DNA of 64,000 bases, taken from the human T2T-CHM13v2.0 reference genome, Homo sapiens. The DNA lies in NCBI RefSeq assembly GCF_009914755.1, contig NC_060928.1. One strand, given 5' to 3'. The notes beneath the pieces are model-generated. The model made no database searches. It saw only the letters and a program-made list of their open reading frames with translations, and was not told the origin of the DNA. A program made the translations under genes and the position numbers. Below, in pieces: positions 41,451 to 52,169 of this stretch; positions within the stretch are counted from its first letter, which is position 1; every line of letters starts with the position of its first letter.

Positions 41451-43895
41451 TTGTATTTTCTATTACATACCATGATTTTTTTAATTGTATATAAAAAATT
41501 AGCTCTCTGTCTATCTTGGTCTATAAGTATGAATATGTGTTTACATGAGTAACAAATGGCTTATATGATAATATAGAAATAAACAAGATTACTCTAATGT
41601 AAATCTCATTTTGGTCCCATTCTAGGAAAGACTTTACAAAACAAACACAAGACAAAATAGGTATAGAAAAATGAGTTTCTAAATGTCTTAAGATACATTG
41701 TAAGCTCTACGTATATGACAGGTAAAAGCGAGCATTCAGAACATCTGGCCTCTCTCATATGGCATTACTTACTGTAATGTGTATAAATAGAAACAGCAAG
41801 AAAGAGTGTGGCACATTCATTTTTGCATTCTTTGCTAATGCAAGTCTAGCTGATATTTATACCTCAGCGATTTTTGAAAGAAGATTAATGACATGAATAT
41901 TTGTAAAGAAAGTGTCTATGTGACCAACATTGAAGCTGCTCTTGGATATCAGTGTCATAGTTTTTTTGCAATGGCTGCCTTTTTGCCACACAACCTTATT
42001 TTATTGAGGTGACAGGCTGTCACATGTAAGGTTTATTTCTATTACCTCTTTTGCTGCTTTAATTCACAGTCTATTTTCAGTGTCTTTCTTTCCTTTCATA
42101 TGTTAATTTTGATTTGAACCAATTAACATATCTAACAAATCCTAGAATTAATTTTTCAATTCAGATTGAGCCACATATTTTTGCTGAAATATATTAGAGA
42201 ATTTTTTGATAGCTCAGTTTTCAATAATTCCCCACATTTTGGAAGAAGGTTATGCCTATAGTTACTTTGTTGTTTCCTGACTTCCAGAGTTACTTCTATG
42301 TCTTCCTTCAGTGTCCAATGTTAGGAATTTGATTTTAATGACAACAATTGGAATACATTCTTGTTAAACTCTGTATCTTAAGGCAATCTCTGATATTTGC
42401 TGAACAATCAGATTTTTTCCAGAATATGGCTGTGAGCTCAAATGAGACAGTCTCCCTTTAAGTCATATGAGTGGAAGTATGAAGGAAAGTGAGAAATAAA
42501 TTGGGGCTGGAAAATATGGTTACATTTTTAAAATGAGAGTATCTGAGATGTCAAGGTTGGGAGGAATAAATAACTGTACTTTGCTTCACATAATACAAAT
42601 ACTATTTTATAAAATTTTGATAAACAACTACACAAGGCAGAAATCATTGAGTTGCATAGAAAACCTTTTGGGACCATTTGGAATTAGCAGGGATTTTACA
42701 TTTACCTTTTAGAGTTTTTTTTTTCTTGCAAAATTGCAAAGAGTTTAACGACATACTAAGTCAAAATCTGCAGGTTATAGAATTGCATTTCCCTTACATC
42801 AGCTTTTAGCTTAGTTATTAAGCATCCTGCATCATTGTGGTTTTGTTCAGATGTGAATAAAAGCTAATGTTTATTGAAAATTCTATTATTCCCTGAACAA
42901 TTTAAAGATTCACAAATCTACAATGTAAAACATAACAAAGCATAACAGACAATGCTCTGTTCACCATCCAGATCTTAATTACATCAGGTGAAATGTGGTC
43001 AATTGTAAACTACAGAAAACCCAACTCAAAGTGACAAAAGCAGATGTAAGTACTTGCCTCACATCCACACCAATGGGGTTCACCAAGATGGGCTTTTCCA
43101 TCTCACAAATAACTAAAGAGCCTGGATTAATTTAGATCAAGTGACCACTCAATATAACTGAAAGACTCTCAGCTCTGCCACTTCATCCACAGGCTGGCTT
43201 TTCCTGTAGTAGTGAAATCGATGCCACTATTTAAGATTTTACATTCATTTTCCACACTGTCTAAAAGGGAAAATTTTATATCTTCCAACAATTACCACCA
43301 TCTGGGCTTGATTTTGTTTAGAACAATTTAGGTTCAGCTTTTGAAGCAACAACTTTTGCAAGAGGAGGTGCCAATCATGACCCATTCTTGGACATGGAAG
43401 ATCGAATCAAACCCACTCATCCTACAGTCTGGGAAACAATGACACAGGAATAGATGATGAGGAGGCAGTCAACAATGCTCACTGTATTCCTATAACAATG
43501 TTATCTTTAAAAATAAGTCATTGTAAAATTCTATAGTAATGGCCAATTAAAAATCCTATACATATTTTACTATAGATTATTTTCAAACTACAAAAGCAAT
43601 AGTTATTGCAATAAAACAAACCACATACACATGCAGATAAATAATCTGCACATTTCCTTCTATGCAAACCTTCATCCCTGATGATTGATGATAGTCAATC
43701 ATCAATTTAAAAACAACCTCCATGTCGATCAGAGATATTTGACTAAACATTTTATTGAGTTGAGTGCATAATGAATACTAATTTTTCTGAAGAACAAAGA
43801 AAAGTACCTTGTCTTGTTCCTTTTTACAAATGTAGTCTATTACTTCTATGACTCTTTTATTGAGAAGTAAAACCCACATAGAGAAAAATTGAATA

Positions 43896-44184
43896 GGCCA
43901 GGCGTGGTGGGTCATGCCTGTAATCCCAGCACTTTGGGAGGCTGAGGTAGGTTGATCATCTGAGGTCAGCAGTTTGAGACCAGCCTGACCAATATGGTGA
44001 AACTCCATGTCTACTAAAAATACGAAGATTAGCCGGGCATGGTGGCACATGCCTGTAATCCCAGCTACTTGGGAGACTGAGGCAGGAGAATCGCTTGAAT
44101 CTGGTAGGCGGAGGTTGCAGTGAGCCGAGATTGCCACTGCACTCCAGCCTGGGCAACAGAGAGAGACTCTGTCTCAAAAAAAAA
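43896..44184 (+). mobile_element. AluS (Sx/Sz-like)
   Basis: Full dimer. TSD aaaaattgaata at 43884-43895 and 44180-44191. Confidence 0.97.
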
Positions 44185-44191
44185 TTGAATA

Positions 44192-44760
44192 AAATATGAG
44201 TTCAGTGACACACATTGTTTTAAAAAATAACTCCTCCCAACCTCCCAAAAGAAAACAAAATACTGCTATATCGTCATTATCTAAGATAAGAAACGAAACA
44301 TTTTGATAGCTCCAGAAACATTCAACTTCTTCCTACCAAACATAATTCCATTACTCTCCTTAAAGAAAACCACTATGAAGGCTTACAGTATTCACACCTG
44401 TCTTTGTAGGATTACACTTGAATATCCATCTCTGTATGTTAGTGTTTCATTTTGCCTGCTTTCAATTTTTTAATAAATAGAATTGTACAGTAAGTGTACT
44501 CTTGTCTGATTTCTTAACTCATATACTTAGAGATTCACCCACTGAAAACATGCGTTGCCATAGTTAATTCATTTTTCATGCTGCATAGCATTCTGTTAAA
44601 GGAATATACCATATTTCATTTACCTATTCAATTACTGGTCAATGTTTTATTTGTTGTCAGTTTGGGGCTATTATGAATAATACTGTTTTTCATAAATGTG
44701 AATATCCCACAGTGAAAATGTGCAAAAAATTATGTTATAGGTCCAGTAATGAAATGGGGT
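44192..44760 (-). mobile_element. L1ME/MC-type 3' fragment
   Basis: 'ataaatagaattgtacagtaagtgtactctt...gttaattcatttttcatgctgcatagcattc...cagtttggggctattatgaataa'. Confidence 0.7.
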
Positions 44761-44933
44761 AGGGGAACTTCCAAGTATTGCTGTGAACTAATGACTATCT
44801 AAATAATATTTTTATCAGGGCATACTGGTCTGTCAGGGCTGTTTATTGTAAATAAACCCACAGTTTGTGGTCTTATAATCCATAGCTTTGATGAAAAGTT
44901 AATCATGCAGTTTGTCCAGCTATGATTGGACAA

Positions 44934-45439
44934 ACGAGTTACTTCACATAAAACTGTGACAAATATTAGTTATTTTTATGGTTTGGTAGCATCATAAAGT
45001 GCTGAATATCCAGATTCACATGCTATACTAATCTTATTCAGCTCTGAGCTATACTAATAATTAACCAAGTACACTAAAAGGGAACCACAACAATGCTACA
45101 TATTGCTAGCATGAACTAGTAGCAATATATGAAAAAGGAGAAATTCTAGACTAATTGACTCTCCATGATAACTTGTACCATACACAGTTGGCACTGTGAA
45201 CCCAAAACATGTCCTGTGGAGAAAAGTAACCTTAGGAAGCTGTCTATGACAAGCTCAAGGCCCCACCATTATTGATGTAGCATTGTTGTGGTTCCCTTTT
45301 AATGTACTTGGTTAATTATTAGTATAGCTCAGAGCTGAATAAGATTAGTATATCATGTCTGGATAGTCAGCACTTTATGATGGTACCAACAAAATAAAAA
45401 TTACTATTATTTATCACAGTTTTATATGAAGTAACTTGT
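44934..45439. repeat. Long inverted repeat: arms 44934-45101 and 45275-45439, 173-bp spacer
   Basis: Manual alignment: 45024-45101 matches the reverse complement of 45275-45352 at 77/78. Outer parts are more diverged and include a 4-nt indel. Confidence 0.97.
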
Positions 45440-45633
45440 CTTATATCCAAAACAACTCTGGCTTTAGGACTACTGTAATTCCTTTCCCAATGTGTACCTT
45501 CTTGCGAAGAATAATCTCTAGTTATAATATGAGTCAGTCTAGATAGCATGCTATTTTGAATTTGTGTTCACTCTCTGCAATGTTTTTACTCTAAAACATA
45601 CTATTATTACCCAGATATAAACAATTTCCAAAC

Positions 45634-46427
45634 ATTCCAAATCTAGCACGTACAAAATCATGCCAAAATATGACCCATTTCTAATAGTTACTGAACATAT
45701 TTATGACATGGCAGAGGTGTCGTAGCATGACATCACTATACCGTGTGATCTGCAGTGCTGTGGCCTGAAAAAAAAATAAAGGACTCTGTTGCGATTCTGG
45801 GATGTTTTGTAGATTCCCTTGTTTTGAACTGGAAACAAATCTTCAGGTGTCCCACCTGGGCAATACATGATCTGCCTCTTATGATGAATGTTATTCATAT
45901 CTGAACTCACCTTTCTGAGAAATTGATGCTACTAAGTATTGTGTTTTAGTTGTGGGTTTTTTTCTTTATTCTCATTTAATGTATATTAAATTTTAATACT
46001 GTGACTATAAGCATCAAAGTAATATTTATCTTATGATTACTCAGAAATAAGTTCATTAGTGAACTTTAATATCAAAATATGCAAAAAGTTTTTCTCATTT
46101 TTAAACTATTTGATCTTGTAGTGCACTATAAGAGGCATATTGTGGCTGTAAGATTAATGATAGACATAAGGCCCACTCAAACATCTCACAGAACCTACCC
46201 TAGTGTCACTTAGCAGTATGATGCAACCTAGCCTGGGAATTTCCAATCCTGACCCAGGGATTTACAGGGGAAAAGATTACTTCAGCACAGATGCAACTCT
46301 CATAAACCGTAGAATCAAAGCTCACTCTTACAAGAATTCCAAATCTAGCACATACAAAATTGTGCCAAAATGTGATCCATGTTTAATAGTTCTAATAGTT
46401 ATTGAACATATTCATAATATGGAAGAG
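45634..46427 (+). repeat. Dispersed direct repeat: 45634-45716 and 46336-46427
   Basis: Manual alignment gives 73/83 identities plus a 9-nt internal duplication in copy 2. Confidence 0.95.
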
Positions 46428-46709
46428 ATGCTTAAGCACCTGCTACCTGACACAGACTGACTACTGCTATAATAATGTGTATTCTCAGGACAAACTCTGA
46501 GATTGTCTCCAAATGGAGACCCTCTCATCATCTGGCCCCTGACTATATCTGGCTTGTGACATCAGCACACTCCTGCTATCCATCTTGTAAGACTGCTGCC
46601 ATAACAAACTGCTTGAACAACTGAATATGTCTAAGAATTATGTTTGATATGAATCAGATCAAAGGGAAAAGGTAGCCCCAAACATGACAGATCTCTTTCC
46701 CAGGAAACC
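46141..46709 (+). mobile_element. Probable old solo LTR (ERVL-like, family not identified)
   Basis: TG start, GC-richer than flanks, TATA-like 'ctataataa', and LTR-like U5 'ccatcttgtaagactgctgcc...aaactgcttg'. Confidence 0.5.
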
Positions 46710-46821
46710 TATATTGTCATCATTATCATTGATGCTAATAACTACTTGATATTAAGCACTTAATATTAAGTGCTAAGCACTGTATTAACTGCTTTATGTA
46801 CATTTGATATTTATAATAGTT

Positions 46822-47002
46822 CTGCCGCTCAGGCCAATGTGGTAGCCACTAGCCATATGTGGCTATTTAAGTTTAAATGAAATTAATTCAAATTAAATAA
46901 AAATTAGTCTCACTAGCCACATTTCTATTACTTAATATTGGCAGACAGAACAGATATAGAGTATCCCCATCATCACTGAAAAGTGTATTGCATAGCCCTC
47001 TT
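46822..47002 (-). mobile_element. MER33 (hAT-Charlie) DNA transposon remnant within a MIR fragment
   Basis: 'ggtagccactagccatatgtggctatttaagtttaaat...ctagccacattt...catcatcactgaaaagtgtattg'. Strand uncertain. Confidence 0.8.
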
Positions 47003-48220
47003 TGAGACAGAAACAATATATAACCTCAAATTTCAACTATGGAGTGTCTGACTTCCAGAACTACGGCCAGATATTTCACATTATATTGTACATTTTATGA
47101 AAGCAGAAACCATGTCTGTTATGTTTGCAACTGTTTTGGGTTATTTTCTTAGCAGAATGATTATGCATGGTAGATCAGTCATGAAATGGTGACAGAAGGA
47201 ATGTCTGTTTGAGTGAATGAAATATCAAGATAAAACATTTGAAGCTAATTACATATACAGCAATTCTATATATAATTATTCAATATCTGATTCAGTGTAT
47301 GACCCTGTTACAATTTTTATTTTTTAATACAGAGATGATAATTCATATATGTTTTATGTTTCTACCATTTGAGATTTGTTATGTTACTCTATATCCTTAA
47401 ATTAATCTCCCCATTGTACATGTTATATTTTTGTTGTTCATTTTGCATATTGGTTAACTTTTTAAGATTTATTCCATCAAAATAGCAATCAATTTAGTCT
47501 GAATGACATTTGCCTTTTGAGTATGACAAAAATAAAAATGAACTAAATATTTCATTACTATTCCCAATGGATTTTACTGATGTATTTTCAATACTCATTT
47601 TATTGTTATGACATTGTTTTATCAATTTACAAAGTATGTAGACTTCCTACTATTTTCCCCTGACTATTCACTGTATCATCCAAATTTGAATTATGCAAAC
47701 TTTACTTTCTACTATGTTTCTGTAGTGCACTGAAAATGGCATAAATCTTTTATTTGTATTCAGTTCCTCTAGAGATTCAGCAATTTCACAGGTACTTTTA
47801 TTCATTGAATGGTGTTCAGAGAACAGTTGTGAATATTGCGAACTTTTCCTTCAGTGCTTGCATAGAATTCATTTTGATAACTAACGTGCATCTGAGAATT
47901 TTTTTTTGGCTTATGTATTTTCTTTTTCGCCTTCACCTTGATAGACAGCTTTCAACAGCTGTCAGTCAGCAGTTTTCTGTACACTGTGGAATATTTCATT
48001 CACATTTGTAAAAATTAATGAAGGCAAGAAAACATTACTTGTAAATTATTTTAATATGTAGGAATAAATTAATTCTACAGGAGAAAAATTTCAACAAAAT
48101 TCTATTTAATATGCCTTGTTTGTGGTTACCGAAAAGTGTAACCAAAGGTAAGACCTCAATCTGCTCTCTCAGTGTGAAGATAATACCAGCTAGAATAAAT
48201 TGTTTGTGTATCTGGATTTG

Positions 48221-48736
48221 TGTTGTGTAAGGACTAAAGTTAAGGCTCAATATTATGTACTGCCTTGACATCTGGTAAAATTGAAAGAGCTTCAAACGGC
48301 CTAACCCCAGTACCCCCCTCTCCTTCTGCCCCCATGGGTAAGGTTTCCTAGTCAAACAACCCTCCTTGTCTGGGGGACCAAATGTAATTCCTGCTTTTCC
48401 TTGAGTAATGGATCTCAATTCTCTGGTGGCCTACAGAATGATTCAAATAAGCTAATCACATCTCTCCGTTAAATACAAGGGCACACCATCCTCATCACAC
48501 TAGAAAGCCTGTCCCCTCCCACAGCCCCTGGTTTACCCTGTTCCCAAGGACAGCCCCATGTGGCTACTGCATGGCATGTGGTGTCCTCTTCACTTCAGGC
48601 TGTGCATATATGTGGCTAATAATCTGCTGTCACCCTTACCTGTCTGATGTTGTATGTCCTGTGCTAGGCCATTCACATAACCCTAGGGCAGGAATTCCTC
48701 CCATAACAGTAGGATGAAACAAAGGAGTTTATGACA
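48221..48736 (+). mobile_element. MER74-like ERVL solo LTR
   Basis: 'caatattatgtactgccttgacatctggt' and 'cataaccctagggcaggaat'; TG...CA ends; near-TSD atttg/attta. Confidence 0.75.
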
Positions 48737-51108
48737 ATTTAATGTTTTGTTGCCTGCCACATGAAAAAGTATTTGCATACTCAGAAACAGAAGCATTATT
48801 ATCTGCACCAAATGAAAATACACTGCAATCTTTTCATAGCTAAAAAAAACTCGCTAGATCACTAAAATTATAAACCTTTCTAATATTTGCTAGATCACTA
48901 AAATTATGAACACCTAAAAGACAGTGACTGACTATAACTTGAAGTAACTTAGAGTCTAATGAAAGACACAGAGATATCAACAGGAAAATCAACAAGATGA
49001 TAAGCAGTGCTATGTGATCACATTTTTGAATCTGGTTTTCTCAGTATGCTGTGAGGAAGCAGAAAAGGCATATTTCCTGGCACACAATATGCATTCAGTG
49101 TGGTTTTGAGGGGAAAAAAAAAGTGAAGGACAAAACATAAGCTGGCTAAATCAGAAGGAGGAATGAGAAAAGGCTTCTTTTAGGAGCTACCAGAAACAAA
49201 GAAGGAACTCCAAGACTTAGCAATTTGGAGCTGATAGCATGCTGGCCCAAGATACAGGCTTTAGGAATTGAGATTGAGTTTTTAATACATTCTTGTTTAA
49301 AAGCTATGTCACCTTGATCTTATACAGTATGAAGAAGTAGAATGAGCTGAAGACCTTGTCAATGTACATGAAAAGCAACTTGATTAAATTAGTTATCAAG
49401 TAAATACAAAATAACTTACAACTGAGACAACAGTTCATATCCATCATATTCATGTAATTCAAAATGTATTCTAAGTATTGTCTACATCTAAAGGATGAAA
49501 GAAAAGGAGAACTCTCATGTATTATAAATTGTTTCTAACCTATTGTGGTTAAGGATAGTGTATATTAAGTAAAACATCTTAGGAGAGGAAATTCTATAGA
49601 ATAGTAAGTTAGAAAGTGTCATATTTGCTTTTTTCTTCTCTCTTGGTGAATAAAATCATTTAGAAATATCTGTGGTTATATTAAGTGATATTATTATCTA
49701 GATTTAGCTAAGAGTCACAAATGGATAAATGACAAAATATTTTTGCCACAAAACCTTAAATTACTACTAACATAAGATTAAAAGTACAATCTAGAAATGA
49801 TTGGAAAGGATAATCAACTCTTACATGATTTCAGCCAAAAAGTGAATTATCAAGATTATTTTAAACATGAATTCACTTCTGTGATATTCATTGCTGGGCC
49901 AGAACCTAAGTGTGTATTTTGACTTACCCTTTTGGAAAGCTTGAAATCATCAAAAGTAAATATATTTTATCAACAATTTTGTTCTCTATTATATAAATAT
50001 TTATTTTATAGTATATTAATTTTAAAAATGCACATATATTAATATAGTGGGGGAAGAGAAATGTTTGAGTGTATTGATAAGAGAATCACTGAAATAATAA
50101 CTTTTGTCATTTCTACTCAATAGGGAATCACCTTGGGAGGAAAACAGAAGAGCTCAGTGGAGATGTTGAGAGAAAAATGTAATGCTAGTGGAGGGGAGCA
50201 AGATTTGATCTGTTCACCAAGACTGAGGACTGACTCTTGGTATAATATGGGAGGAGCAGAAGCATAAAGGATTTAGAATTTAGGACTTAAATAAGGTTAT
50301 GCTTCCAAAATTATTTTAAAAGTTATTTATTTTCTGTTTGAATTTCTGCTCTAACAATCCCTAACCCCAACCTCCAGGGAGATAAATCTGATAAACAACA
50401 GCACAATGTTTTTATTATGCATGACCATTAGAGGTACAAACCTAAAAGTTAATATCATTTGTTTCACTAAAACATAGAACCAGCCCTAAGAAATGTCTGG
50501 AGAATATGATTGATTCAGAAACAATGAACTCATCTGGAAAAAGAAATCCAGGAGAGAAGCTTGAAAACTCTGAGTCAGAGAAGAGGGAAAAGGAAGGAAT
50601 GGAACAGCATTATTAAATAGAGAAAAGAGAGAAAGAAAGGAGAAATAAAATGAGTAATTATAATTTGTTGACAGTCTTCTATGCCAAGCAGAGGGCATAA
50701 TGCTTAATATAGGTAAAGAAATCTCAGTTTGAAACTTCACTGAGTAGATGGCTAACTCAGACTACATTCTCCATAGGATTTTCTTTTTTTACACATGATC
50801 TACGCTAAAAATTTTATGAGAAATGAAGAGAAAAGAAACAAAGCAACACAAAATAAAACAACAAAACCTCACAGGGTGGAGTAGGGGTGTAAAGAAAATA
50901 AATAGAATAATTCCAGTCTTATTTCAATCACATTTAATCAAATATTGCTTGCCTACTCAATTTATGGAACACCAAATCTCTATTTCTATATCTTTGTTTT
51001 AACCCTGTCTGGTTTAAATGTTAAAAACAGAACAAAGTGCACAACCCCCCATTAGAAGAAGAAACAGGGGAAAAGACTCAGAGGAGGAGCAAGGCATGGA
51101 GGGAGAAG

Positions 51109-51522
51109 TGTAGCAAAGACAACAGCTTCCTGAACTCCACATTCTTCTCTTTCCTCTGGACTCACAGCTGGACCACATAACCTTCCCAGCTTTCCTTCCC
51201 ACCTTTTCCAAACGTGATTGGGTTTTGGCCAATGGAATGAGGGTGGAAGAGAGGGTCCCACTATCAGGTCTAGCCCATAAAAATCTCACAGAAAATTCTC
51301 CTCCATACTCTTTTTCCTTCCACGAACTGAATGGAAACGACTTCGGCGAACTTGGAAGTAATGTATTGAAAATCGGAAACTCTCTATCAGCCTGAATCTT
51401 TTATCCCTCTTCACCATCCTATCTACCCAGAAACCCTTGCAAATGTTAGGTAACCACAAAATAAATGTGTATGTGTTTAAGCAAAAACAAAACAAAACAA
51501 AAAGCACAGCCAATGTTGTTAA
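51109..51522 (+). mobile_element. MLT1J-like MaLR LTR
   Basis: 'ttggccaatggaatgag...caggtctagcccataaaaatctc' and 'aaataaatgtgtatgtgtttaagc'. Confidence 0.7.
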
Positions 51523-51604
51523 TAGAAAAATAATTTAAAAATAAATAAAAAATGTCCACTTAAGGACAGACTTGATGAAATTTTAGCATCAATTTTCTTC
51601 TTCT

Positions 51605-51750
51605 TCTTCTTTTTTAATTTTAGAGATGGAGTCTCACTCTGTCACCCAAGCTGAAGTGCAGTGGTGTGATCATAGCTCACTGCAACCTCGAACCTACCTT
51701 TCGGTCTCGCAATTAGCTAGGATAATAGGTGAACACCACCATGTCTGGCA
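51605..51750 (-). mobile_element. Alu monomer fragment (AluJ/FRAM-like)
   Basis: 'gagatggagtctcactctgtcacccaagctgaagtgcagtggtgtgatcatagctcactgca'. Confidence 0.85.
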
Positions 51751-52029
51751 GAAATTCTGTATCATTTTATGTTCCAAAGCTGTCCTAACTTTGTATAGCT
51801 ACTTTTACAGTTCTTTAGTTGTAGCAGGCCAGGTTGTCCCCGAGTCCCTGGAAAAGTAACACACTTTGACTAAGTATTTTTTGCAATGCCCTCCTCAGGC
51901 CCCTTACATGTCTATGCCTATACCTACCTCCTCAGGGGCACTTCTTTTGTCTGATGAATATCCTTTGGGTCATAATTAAGCATGATACTTTCTTTTGGTA
52001 AAAAATAATAATAATATTCTTACCATATT

Positions 52030-52168
52030 TTCTTTTTTTAACTTTTATTTTAGATTCAGGCCTACATGTGAAGTTTTGTTTCATAGGTAAACCTGTGTCA
52101 CAGGGGTTTGTTGTACAGATTATTTCATTGTTCAGGAATTACGCCCAGTACCCAATAGTTCTCTTTTC
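52030..52168 (-). mobile_element. Old L1PA extreme 3' end
   Basis: 'aacttttattttagattcagg...ggggtttgttgtacagattatttc...cagtacccaatagtt'. Confidence 0.85.
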
Positions 52169-52169
52169 A

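Noticed and set aside
40393-48911. Short direct repeats as a CRISPR-like array
   Set aside because: Each repeat has only two copies, the repeats are unrelated to each other, and there are no cas genes.
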